Shown here in pieces: positions 9,369 to 18,041 of a stretch of DNA of 32,684 nt (within the stretch, counting starts at the first letter, position 1; every line of letters starts with the position of its first letter). The notes under the pieces are model-generated. The model searched no databases. It was not told where the DNA came from and saw only the letters and a program-made list of their open reading frames with translations. A program made the position numbers and the translations under genes. The stretch lies in the sequence record AY135739; one strand, 5' to 3'. Origin of the DNA: Escherichia phage Wphi.

Positions 9369-9434
9369 TTGTGCCATTCCCGACACCTCATCGTCACATT
9401 GCCGCCGGTATGACCCGGCGGCATCCTTCCCGTT
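9369..9434 (+). promoter_or_regulatory. putative late promoter P_V region
   Basis: Short non-coding gap before V; contains TGT-N12-ACC, a near match to the TGT-N12-ACA dyad described for P2 late promoters. Confidence 0.3.
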
Positions 9435-10070
9435 ATGAACACTCTCGCAAATATTCAGGAACTCGCGCGCGCACTGCGCAACATGATTCGCACCGGCATT
9501 ATCGTCGAAACCGACCTTAACGCCGGTCGCTGCCGTGTGCAGACCGGCGGCATGTGCACCGACTGGCTTCAGTGGCTGACCCATCGCGCCGGGCGTTCGC
9601 GCACATGGTGGGCACCGTCCGTGGGGGAACAGGTGCTGATTCTGGCCGTGGGCGGTGAACTCGACACGGCGTTCGTTCTGCCGGGGATTTATTCCGGTGA
9701 TAACCCCGCGCCGTCTGCGTCGGCGGATGCCCTGCATATCCGTTTCCCTGACGGGGCGGTGATTGAGTATGAACCCGAAACCAGTGCACTCACGGCAAGC
9801 GGAATTAAAACGGCCAGCGTGACAGCTTCCGGTTCTGTTACTGCCACGGTGCCGGTGGTCACGGTGAAAGCGTCAACCCGTGTCACCCTGGACACACCGG
9901 AAGTGGTCTGCACCAACAAACTGACTACCGGCACGCTGGAAGTGCAGAAGGGCGGGACGATGCGCGGCAACATCGCGCATACCGGCGGTGAACTCTCATC
10001 AAACGGTAAGGTACTGCATACCCATAAACACCCCGGCGACAGCGGCGGCACAACCGGGGGACCTCTATGA
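9435..10070 (+). CDS. V: baseplate spike/assembly protein
   Basis: 211-aa ORF; P2 gpV position and size. Confidence 0.85.
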   Translation: MNTLANIQELARALRNMIRTGIIVETDLNAGRCRVQTGGMCTDWLQWLTHRAGRSRTWWAPSVGEQVLILAVGGELDTAFVLPGIYSGDNPAPSASADALHIRFPDGAVIEYEPETSALTASGIKTASVTASGSVTATVPVVTVKASTRVTLDTPEVVCTNKLTTGTLEVQKGGTMRGNIAHTGGELSSNGKVLHTHKHPGDSGGTTGGPL

Positions 10071-10414
10071 CTGCGCGTTATCTCGGAATGAATCGCAGTG
10101 ATGGCCTGACTGTCACTGACCTTGAGCATATCAGCCAGAGTATCGGCGATATCCTGCGCACGCCGGTCGGCTCACGGGTGATGCGTCGTGATTACGGTTC
10201 GTTGCTGGCGTCAATGATTGACCAGCCGCAGACCCCGGCGCTTGAGTTGCAGATTAAAGTCGCCTGTTACATGGCGGTGCTGAAATGGGAACCCCGCGTC
10301 ACCCTGTCATCCGTCACCACGGCGCGCAGTTTTGACGGGCGAATGACGGTCACGTTAACCGGCCAGCACACCGATACCGGCCAGCCACTTTCGTTAACCA
10401 TCCCTGTGAGTTGA
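10067..10414 (+). CDS. W: baseplate wedge protein (gp25-like)
   Basis: 115-aa ORF, ATGA overlap with V; P2 gpW position and size. Confidence 0.85.
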   Translation: MTARYLGMNRSDGLTVTDLEHISQSIGDILRTPVGSRVMRRDYGSLLASMIDQPQTPALELQIKVACYMAVLKWEPRVTLSSVTTARSFDGRMTVTLTGQHTDTGQPLSLTIPVS

Positions 10415-10418
10415 AATC

Positions 10419-11327
10419 ATGCCGATTATCGACCTGAACCAGCTACCCGCACCGGATGTGGTCGAGGAGCTGGACTTTGAAACCATTCTCGCCGAACGCA
10501 AGGCGACACTGATTTCCCTTTACCCGGAAGACCAGCAGGAGGCGGTCGCCCGTACCCTGACGCTGGAATCCGAGCCTCTCGTCAAACTGCTGGAGGAAAA
10601 TGCTTATCGTGAGCTTATCTGGCGTCAGCGTGTGAATGAGGCTGCACGGGCGGTGATGCTGGCCTGTGCCGCCGGTAATGACCTTGATGTGATTGGTGCC
10701 AATTACAACACCACACGCCTGATTATCACCCCGGCAGATGATTCGACCATCCCGCCGACACCGGCCGTGATGGAATCTGACACCGATTATCGTCTGCGTA
10801 TTCAGCAGGCGTTTGAAGGCTTAAGCGTCGCCGGGTCAGTGGGAGCCTATCAGTATCATGGTCGCAGTGCTGACGGGCGTGTCGCCGATATTTCTGTCAC
10901 CAGTCCGTCTCCTGCCTGTGTCACCATCTCTGTGCTGTCACGTGAAAATAACGGCGTCGCATCCGAAGACCTGCTGGCTGTGGTGCGTAACGCCCTTAAT
11001 GGTGAGGACGTCAGGCCGGTGGCCGACCGCGTGACCGTGCAGTCTGCCGCCATCGTTGAATATCAGATAAACGCCACGCTTTACCTTTACCCTGGTCCCG
11101 AAAGCGAACCCATTCGCGCTGCCGCTGTGAAAAAGCTGGAAGCGTATATCACGGCACAGCACCGGCTGGGGCGCGACATCCGTCTGTCTGCCATTTATGC
11201 CGCTTTGCATGTGGAAGGCGTGCAGCGTGTCGAGCTGGCCGCACCACTGGCCGACATTGTGCTCAACAGTACGCAGGCGTCTTTCTGTACTGAATACCGC
11301 GTCGTGACCGGAGGCTCGGATGAGTGA
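10419..11327 (+). CDS. J: baseplate protein J
   Basis: 302-aa ORF; P2 gpJ position and size. Confidence 0.85.
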   Translation: MPIIDLNQLPAPDVVEELDFETILAERKATLISLYPEDQQEAVARTLTLESEPLVKLLEENAYRELIWRQRVNEAARAVMLACAAGNDLDVIGANYNTTRLIITPADDSTIPPTPAVMESDTDYRLRIQQAFEGLSVAGSVGAYQYHGRSADGRVADISVTSPSPACVTISVLSRENNGVASEDLLAVVRNALNGEDVRPVADRVTVQSAAIVEYQINATLYLYPGPESEPIRAAAVKKLEAYITAQHRLGRDIRLSAIYAALHVEGVQRVELAAPLADIVLNSTQASFCTEYRVVTGGSDE

Positions 11328-11850
11328 TTCGCGACTGCTGCCGACCGGCTCATCACCGCTTGAAGTTGCCGCCGCAAAAGCCTGTGCGGAAATTGAAAAA
11401 ACGCCGGTCAGGATTCGTGAACTGTGGAACCCGGACACCTGCCCGGCAAATCTGCTGCCGTGGCTGGCGTGGGCGTTTTCGGTCGACAGGTGGGATGAAA
11501 AGTGGCCGGAAGCGACCAAACGTGCCGTTATCCGCGATGCCTATTTCATCCACTGTCATAAAGGCACTATCGGCGCAATCCGGCGTGTGGTGGAGCCGCT
11601 CGGCTATCTCATTAACGTGACGGAGTGGTGGGAAAACAGTGACCCGCCAGGCACCTTCCGGCTTGATATTGGTGTACTGGAAAGCGGTATCACAGAGGCA
11701 ATGTATCAGGAAATGGAACGGCTGATTGCTGATGCCAAACCTGCAAGCCGCCACCTTATTGGCCTGAACATTACCCGGGACATTCCCGGCTACCTGTTCG
11801 CCGGTGGTGTGGCTTATGACAACGATATAATTACGGTTTACCCCGGATAA
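11320..11850 (+). CDS. I: baseplate protein I
   Basis: 176-aa ORF overlapping the J end; P2 gpI position and size. Confidence 0.8.
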   Translation: MSDSRLLPTGSSPLEVAAAKACAEIEKTPVRIRELWNPDTCPANLLPWLAWAFSVDRWDEKWPEATKRAVIRDAYFIHCHKGTIGAIRRVVEPLGYLINVTEWWENSDPPGTFRLDIGVLESGITEAMYQEMERLIADAKPASRHLIGLNITRDIPGYLFAGGVAYDNDIITVYPG

Positions 11851-11860
11851 GTGAGGAATA

Positions 11861-13870
11861 ATGAGCACAAAATTCAAAACCGTTATCACCACTGCCGGTG
11901 CAGTAAAGCTGGCAGCGGCAACCGCGCCGGGAGGGCGGAAGGTCAACATTACCACGATGGCCGTCGGGGATGGCGGTGGTAAATTGCCTGTCCCGGATGC
12001 CGGACAGACCGGGCTTATCCACGAAGTCTGGCGACATGCGCTGAACAAAATCAGCCAGGACAAACGAAACAGTAATTATATTATCGCAGAGCTGGTTATT
12101 CCGCCGGAGGTGGGCGGTTTCTGGATGCGAGAGCTTGGCCTGTACGATGATGCGGGAACGTTAATTGCCGTGGCGAACATGGCCGAAAGTTATAAACCTA
12201 CCCTTGCCGAAGGCTCAGGGCGTTCGCAGACCTGCCGCATGGTCATCATCGTCAGCAGTGTGGCCTCAGTGGAGCTGACCATTGACACCACAACGGTGAT
12301 GGCGACGCAGGATTACGTTGATGACAAAATTGCAGAGCATGAACAGTCACGACGTCACCCGGATGCCTCGCTGACCGCAAAAGGTTTTACTCAGTTAAGC
12401 AATGCGACCAACAGCACGTCTGAAACACTGGCCGCAACGCCGAAAGCGGTTAAGGCCGCATATGACCTTGCTAACGGGAAATATACCGCACAGGACGCCA
12501 CCACCGCGCGAAAAGGCCTTGTCCAGCTCAGTAGCGCGACTAACAGCACGTCTGAAACGCTCGCCGCAACACCAAAAGCCGTTAAGACGGTAATGGATGA
12601 AACGAACAAGAAAGCGCCATTAAACAGCCCTGCACTGACCGGAACGCCAACGACGCCAACTGCGCGACAGGGAACGAATAATACTCAGATCGCAAACACG
12701 GCTTTCGTTATGGCCGCGATTGCCGCCCTTGTAGACTCGTCGCCTGACGCACTGAATACGCTGAACGAGCTGGCGGCGGCGCTGGGCAATGACCCGAATT
12801 TTGCTACCACCATGACTAATGCGCTTGCGAGTAAGCAACCGAAAGATGCCACTTTGACGGCGCTGGCGGGGCTTGCTACTGCGGCAGACAGGTTTCCGTA
12901 TTTTACGGGGAATGATGTTGCCAGCCTGGCGACCCTGACAAAAGTCGGGCGGGATATTCTGGCTAAATCGACCGTTGCCGCCGTTATCGAATATCTCGGT
13001 TTGCAGGAAACGGTAAACAGGGCCAGGAACGCGGTGCAAAAGAATGGCGATATCTTGTCCGGCGGAATTACTTTTGAAAACGACTCAATCCTTGCCTGGA
13101 TTCGAAATACTGACTGGGCGAAGATTGGATTTAAAAATGATGCCGATGGTGACGCTGATTCATACATGTGGTTTGAAACGGGGGATAACGGCAATGAATA
13201 TTTCAAATGGAGAAGCCGCCAGAGTACCACAACAAAAGACCTGATGACGCTGAAATGGGATGCACTAAATATTCTTGTTAATGCCGTCATTAATGGCTGT
13301 CTTGGAGTTGGTACGACGAATGCACTAGGTGGTAGCTCTATTGTCCTTGGTGATAATGATACCGGATTTAAACAGAATGGAGACGGTATTCTTGATGTTT
13401 ATGCTAACAGTCAGCGTGTATTCCGTTTTCAGAATGGAGTGGCTATTGCTTTTAAAAATATTCAGGTAGGGGATAGTAAAAAGTTCTCGCTATCCAGCTC
13501 TAACACATCCACGAAGAATATTACCTTTAATTTATGGGGTGCTTCCAACCGTCCAGTGGTTGCAGAGTTAGGCGATGAGTCCGGATGGCATTTCTATAGC
13601 CAGCGAAATACAGATAACTCGGTAATATTTGCTGTTAACGGTCAGATGCAACCCAGCAACTGGGGAAATTTTGATTCCCGCTATGTGAAAGATGTTCGCC
13701 TGGGTACGCGAGTTGATCAATTGATGGCGCGAGGTGGTCGTTATGAAAAAGCCGGACACACGATTACCGGATTAAGAATCATTGGTGAAGTTGATGGCGA
13801 TGATGAAGCCATCGTCAGGCCAATACAAAAATACATCAATGGCACATGGTATATCGTCGCACAGGTGTAA
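11861..13870 (+). CDS. H: tail fibre protein
   Basis: 669-aa ORF after the baseplate genes; internal repeated motif NSTSETLAATPKAVK; AT-rich C-terminal third (putative receptor-binding part). Confidence 0.85.
   Translation: MSTKFKTVITTAGAVKLAAATAPGGRKVNITTMAVGDGGGKLPVPDAGQTGLIHEVWRHALNKISQDKRNSNYIIAELVIPPEVGGFWMRELGLYDDAGTLIAVANMAESYKPTLAEGSGRSQTCRMVIIVSSVASVELTIDTTTVMATQDYVDDKIAEHEQSRRHPDASLTAKGFTQLSNATNSTSETLAATPKAVKAAYDLANGKYTAQDATTARKGLVQLSSATNSTSETLAATPKAVKTVMDETNKKAPLNSPALTGTPTTPTARQGTNNTQIANTAFVMAAIAALVDSSPDALNTLNELAAALGNDPNFATTMTNALASKQPKDATLTALAGLATAADRFPYFTGNDVASLATLTKVGRDILAKSTVAAVIEYLGLQETVNRARNAVQKNGDILSGGITFENDSILAWIRNTDWAKIGFKNDADGDADSYMWFETGDNGNEYFKWRSRQSTTTKDLMTLKWDALNILVNAVINGCLGVGTTNALGGSSIVLGDNDTGFKQNGDGILDVYANSQRVFRFQNGVAIAFKNIQVGDSKKFSLSSSNTSTKNITFNLWGASNRPVVAELGDESGWHFYSQRNTDNSVIFAVNGQMQPSNWGNFDSRYVKDVRLGTRVDQLMARGGRYEKAGHTITGLRIIGEVDGDDEAIVRPIQKYINGTWYIVAQV
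12404..12588 (+). repeat. intragenic direct repeat (two roughly 50-bp copies 132 bp apart) inside H
   Basis: Near-identical copies starting at 12404 and 12536, in frame, encoding ATNSTSETLAATPKAVK twice; also mirrored as a repeated peptide in the antisense ORF 12391..12609. Confidence 0.6.
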
Positions 13871-13873
13871 TTT

Positions 13874-14401
13874 ATGCAGCATTTAAAGAATATTACTGCG
13901 GGTAATCCAAAAACTGTTGCCCAATATCATCTGACAAAAAATTTTGATGTTATCTGGTTATGGTCCGAAGAGGGAAAAAACTGGTATGAGGAAGTAAGTA
14001 AGTTTCAGGAAGACACGATAAAGATTGTTTACGATGAAAATAATATTATTGTCGCCATCACCAGAGATGCTTCAACGCTTAATCCTGAAGGTTTTAGCGT
14101 CGTTGAGGTTCCTGATATTACTTCCAACCGGCGTGCTGATGACTCTGGTAAATGGATGTTTAAGGATGGTGCTGTGGTTAAACGGATTTATACGGCAGAT
14201 GAACAGCAACAACAGGCAGAATCACAAAAGGCCGCGTTACTTTCCGAAGCGGAAAGCGTTATTCAGCCACTGGAACGCGCTGTCAGGCTGAATATGGCGA
14301 CGGATGAGGAACGTGCACGACTGGAGTCATGGGAACGCTACAGCGTTCTGGTCAGCCGTGTGGATCCTGCAAATCCTGAATGGCCGGAAATGCCGCAATA
14401 A
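13874..14401 (+). CDS. G: tail fibre assembly (chaperone) protein
   Basis: 175-aa ORF immediately after H; P2 gpG position and size. Confidence 0.8.
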   Translation: MQHLKNITAGNPKTVAQYHLTKNFDVIWLWSEEGKNWYEEVSKFQEDTIKIVYDENNIIVAITRDASTLNPEGFSVVEVPDITSNRRADDSGKWMFKDGAVVKRIYTADEQQQQAESQKAALLSEAESVIQPLERAVRLNMATDEERARLESWERYSVLVSRVDPANPEWPEMPQ

Positions 14402-14439
14402 GTTGTATGAGCTCTAGTGTGGGCTTACATATCTATGGC

Positions 14440-14478
14440 ACAGAGTAAAGCCTAATCTGACAGTCCACTCTGTGCCAG
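14440..14478. repeat. perfect 10-bp inverted repeat (GGCACAGAGT ... ACTCTGTGCC) with 19-nt spacer
   Basis: Read directly from sequence; lies between G and the cargo gene; no flanking T-tract on either strand, so not a canonical intrinsic terminator. Confidence 0.55.
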
Positions 14479-14616
14479 AGGTGGGCATTGCTGATGTCAT
14501 AAAATATTATGCCAGCAGCCGTCTTAGGGGAGTGTTTACATTTCAATGATCGGGTATGATCTCGGCATGTTAATGGTTTATTACTAAATGCTTGCGCCTA
14601 TCTTTATGGAGGAGTA

Positions 14617-15516
14617 ATGAGTGGTATTCGTATAACTCAGGCTATTGATAACAATCAGATTTTAGTAAATGTAAATACTTTTAATTATAGTGTTAATCCC
14701 TATCCACTCAAATGTCCTGACCCAAATTGCTCTGCTCATTTGGTGTATGTCAAAAGCCATATTCGTCGGAGTTTTAATAAAACCTTGCATATCCCCGCCT
14801 TCTTTAGACTGGAAAAAAATTTCACGCATGACAAATTATGTCAGTATGGAACTTCAGGATTGAATACAATTTATGCAAGTGATTCCAGTCATGATATCAG
14901 CCGTGCGCTTGCCACAGGTAATAATATATTCCGTATACATATACTCGATGAAGATGATATCTCTAAATTAAGCAGAAAAGCTGCAGCTATGCAGGCAAAT
15001 CCACCTTCTGATACTACAGACCGCGTTTATGTCAAGAGAGGTCGGAAAGCCCCCTATGTGAAGAACATGGATAGCTTACGGGAGATCTATGAATATGGAA
15101 AAGCTCACCCCAACAAGAGAAACAGCATAAAAATTGTTACTGGAACAAGTACTGTAACGTGGTCTGATTTTTTCTATGAAACAACGCAGTTAGAACGATT
15201 GTCAACTTACCTCCAGAAAGTAAAAATAGCTCAGGTTGCTGTAATTATGAAAGTGCATGTGGCGAGAATCCCTATGGCGAAATTTAATTATCGACACTTC
15301 ATTGAAGGTTCGCCAATGAGGATAAAAGGGGGCTTTAATATATATCCTACGATTCAATTAGGAAATGTTACTCCAAAATTATTTCCGTTGAGTAGCATTG
15401 TCATGGTACTCGGTAAATTTACTATTCCAACAAATAGAAAAATGATAATGGATCCAACATTTGAGCGTGAAGTCAGAACCATAGTTTCTAGTGAAGAGCA
15501 AGTGCTAATTCTTTGA
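14617..15516 (+). CDS. hypothetical protein, accessory (moron) gene in the Z/fun slot between G and FI
   Basis: 299-aa ORF with strong RBS (GGAGGAGTA-ATG); markedly AT-rich versus flanking tail genes; flanked by 215-bp and 319-bp non-coding gaps; no family recognised. Confidence 0.7.
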   Translation: MSGIRITQAIDNNQILVNVNTFNYSVNPYPLKCPDPNCSAHLVYVKSHIRRSFNKTLHIPAFFRLEKNFTHDKLCQYGTSGLNTIYASDSSHDISRALATGNNIFRIHILDEDDISKLSRKAAAMQANPPSDTTDRVYVKRGRKAPYVKNMDSLREIYEYGKAHPNKRNSIKIVTGTSTVTWSDFFYETTQLERLSTYLQKVKIAQVAVIMKVHVARIPMAKFNYRHFIEGSPMRIKGGFNIYPTIQLGNVTPKLFPLSSIVMVLGKFTIPTNRKMIMDPTFEREVRTIVSSEEQVLIL

Positions 15517-15710
15517 AATCAAGAGGATTTGGCTCGGATGATTATGTGCGGCTTATAACCATAACGTAATGAGCGGATTTTTCTACTGCTTTTTATCATT
15601 TTGGTTAACTAAAACTAACCTCTGCTCCTCGCTCAAAGCAGACTGTCAGATTTGATAGCGTTTTGGCTATGTAAATTGTCAGTCGGAAAATGAGTGAGTA
15701 CAAATCAGGA

Positions 15711-15740
15711 CAGGCGGGCGAATTGCCTGCCTTTTCTTTA
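15711..15740 (+). terminator. weak putative terminator after the cargo gene
   Basis: Short stem CAGGC/GCCTG with 9-nt loop followed by CCTTTTCTTTAT; marginal. Confidence 0.3.
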
Positions 15741-15835
15741 TCTGTTGTTTCATCCACTGACCAGCCAGGTCAAATAGCGTCTCATGCACTGCCCAACAGA
15801 AAATAGTTGCACCCATTAACCACGGAGTTAAACGG
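15741..15835 (+). promoter_or_regulatory. putative late promoter P_F region upstream of FI
   Basis: By P2 synteny the fourth late promoter precedes FI; motif not confidently resolved by eye. Confidence 0.3.
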
Positions 15836-17026
15836 ATGAGTGACTATCATCACGGCGTGCAGGTGCTGGAGATTAACGAGGGCACCCGCGTCATTTCCAC
15901 CGTATCCACCGCCATTGTTGGCATGGTCTGCACGGCCAGCGATGCGGATGCGGAAATCTTCCCCCTCAATAAACCGGTACTGATTACCAATGTGCAGAGT
16001 GCAATTGCAAAGGCCGGTAAAAAAGGCACGCTGGCGGCGTCGTTGCAGGCTATCGCCGACCAGTCAAAACCGGTCACCGTTGTCGTACGTGTGGAAGACG
16101 GCACCGGCGAAGACGAAGAAACGAAACTCGCGCAGACCGTTTCCAATATCATCGGCACCACTGACGAAAACGGTCAGTACACCGGACTGAAGGCCCTGCT
16201 GGCGGCAGAGTCGGTAACCGGTGTTAAACCGCGTATTCTCGGCGTGCCGGGACTGGACACCAAAGAGGTGGCTGTTGCACTGGCATCAGTCTGTCAGAAG
16301 CTGCGCGCTTTCGGGTATATCAGCGCATGGGGCTGTAAAACCATTTCCGAGGTGAAAGCCTACCGCCAGAATTTCAGCCAGCGTGAGCTGATGGTCATCT
16401 GGCCGGATTTCCTCGCATGGGATACGGTCGCCAGTACCACCGCCACCGCGTATGCCACCGCCCGTGCGCTGGGTCTGCGCGCTAAAATCGACCAGGAGCA
16501 GGGCTGGCATAAAACGCTGTCCAACGTCGGGGTGAACGGTGTTACCGGCATCAGCGCGTCCGTATTCTGGGATTTGCAGGAGTCCGGCACCGATGCTGAC
16601 CTGCTTAACGAGTCAGGCGTCACAACGCTGATTCGCCGTGACGGTTTCCGCTTCTGGGGTAACCGTACCTGCTCTGATGATCCGCTGTTCCTCTTTGAAA
16701 ACTACACCCGCACCGCGCAGGTGCTGGCCGACACGATGGCTGAGGCGCACATGTGGGCGGTGGACAAGCCCATCACCGCAACGCTGATTCGCGACATCGT
16801 TGACGGCATCAATGCCAAATTCCGTGAGCTGAAAACAAACGGCTATATCGTGGATGCGACCTGCTGGTTCAGCGAAGAGTCCAACGATGCGGAAACCCTC
16901 AAGGCCGGAAAACTGTATATCGACTACGACTATACCCCGGTGCCTCCTCTTGAAAATCTGACCCTGCGCCAGCGCATTACCGATAAATACCTGGCAAATC
17001 TGGTCACTTCGGTTAACAGCAATTAA
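15836..17026 (+). CDS. FI: contractile tail sheath protein
   Basis: 396-aa ORF, GGAG RBS; P2 gpFI position and size. Confidence 0.9.
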   Translation: MSDYHHGVQVLEINEGTRVISTVSTAIVGMVCTASDADAEIFPLNKPVLITNVQSAIAKAGKKGTLAASLQAIADQSKPVTVVVRVEDGTGEDEETKLAQTVSNIIGTTDENGQYTGLKALLAAESVTGVKPRILGVPGLDTKEVAVALASVCQKLRAFGYISAWGCKTISEVKAYRQNFSQRELMVIWPDFLAWDTVASTTATAYATARALGLRAKIDQEQGWHKTLSNVGVNGVTGISASVFWDLQESGTDADLLNESGVTTLIRRDGFRFWGNRTCSDDPLFLFENYTRTAQVLADTMAEAHMWAVDKPITATLIRDIVDGINAKFRELKTNGYIVDATCWFSEESNDAETLKAGKLYIDYDYTPVPPLENLTLRQRITDKYLANLVTSVNSN

Positions 17027-17038
17027 GGAGCCTGACCG

Positions 17039-17557
17039 ATGGCAATGCCGCGCAAACTCAAGTTAATGAACGTCTTTCTGAACGGCTACAGCTATCAGGG
17101 CGTTGCAAAGTCCGTCACGCTGCCAAAACTGACCCGTAAGCTCGAAAACTATCGCGGTGCGGGGATGAACGGCAGCGCACCGGTAGACCTCGGCCTTGAT
17201 GACGATGCGCTGTCAATGGAGTGGTCGCTCGGTGGCTTCCCGGATTCAGTTATCTGGGAGCTTTACGCCGCAACCGGTGTGGATGCTGTGCCGATTCGTT
17301 TTGCAGGCTCTTACCAGCGTGACGATACCGGCGAAACGGTGGCCGTCGAAGTGGTCATGCGTGGACGTCAGAAAGAAATCGACACCGGCGAGGGCAAACA
17401 GGGAGAAGACACCGAGTCGAAAATCTCCGTGGTCTGCACCTATTTCCGGCTGACGATGGACGGTAAGGAGCTGGTCGAAATCGACACCATCAACATGATT
17501 GAGAAGGTGAACGGCGTCGACCGGCTGGAGCAACACCGCCGCAATATCGGCCTGTGA
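17039..17557 (+). CDS. FII: tail tube protein
   Basis: 172-aa ORF directly after the sheath gene; P2 gpFII position and size. Confidence 0.9.
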   Translation: MAMPRKLKLMNVFLNGYSYQGVAKSVTLPKLTRKLENYRGAGMNGSAPVDLGLDDDALSMEWSLGGFPDSVIWELYAATGVDAVPIRFAGSYQRDDTGETVAVEVVMRGRQKEIDTGEGKQGEDTESKISVVCTYFRLTMDGKELVEIDTINMIEKVNGVDRLEQHRRNIGL

Positions 17558-17613
17558 TTTTCATCCGGTCAGCCTGGCTGACCGGTTAACCCCGATTCAG
17601 AAGTGAGAAAACC

Positions 17614-17889
17614 ATGAACAAAGAAAATGTGATTACCCTGGACAATCCGGTCAAGCGTGGTGAGCAGGTTATCGAACAGGTCACGCTGATGAAACCCAAT
17701 GCCGGGACGCTGCGCGGTGTCAGTCTGGCTGCGGTCGCAAACTCCGAAGTCGATGCGCTGATTAAGGTGCTGCCGCGCATGACGGCACCAATGCTGACCG
17801 AGCAGGAGGTCGCCGCGCTGGAACTGCCTGACCTTGTGGCGCTGGCCGGTAAGGTGGTCGGTTTTTTGTCGCCGAACTCGGTGCAGTGA
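17614..17889 (+). CDS. E: tail assembly chaperone E
   Basis: 91-aa ORF between tube and tape-measure genes; contains slippery GGTTTTTTG near its 3' end. Confidence 0.8.
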   Translation: MNKENVITLDNPVKRGEQVIEQVTLMKPNAGTLRGVSLAAVANSEVDALIKVLPRMTAPMLTEQEVAALELPDLVALAGKVVGFLSPNSVQ

Positions 17890-18041
17890 CGTTCCCGAAA
17901 AATTTCTCGGTCGATGACCTGATGGCGGATGTGGCAGTGATATTTCACTGGCCGCCATCAGAACTGTATCCCATGAGCCTGACCGAACTCATCACATGGC
18001 GCGAAAAGGCGCTCCGGCGAAGCGGAAACACGAATGAGTGA
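17614..18041 (+). CDS. E': tail assembly chaperone E+E' (programmed -1 frameshift product)
   Basis: Slippery heptamer T_TTT_TTG at 17862-17868 in E frame; -1 frame is open from 17868 to TGA at 18039-18041, giving 85+57=142 aa; extension ends just inside the T start, as known for P2 E+E'. Confidence 0.6.

Noticed and set aside
10938-13290. Antisense ORFs opposite J, I and H (10938..11519 -, 11353..12063 -, 12685..13290 -)
   Set aside because: Overlap conserved baseplate and tail-fibre genes; composition typical of antisense frames; the repeated peptide in 12391..12609 is just the mirror of the H intragenic DNA repeat.
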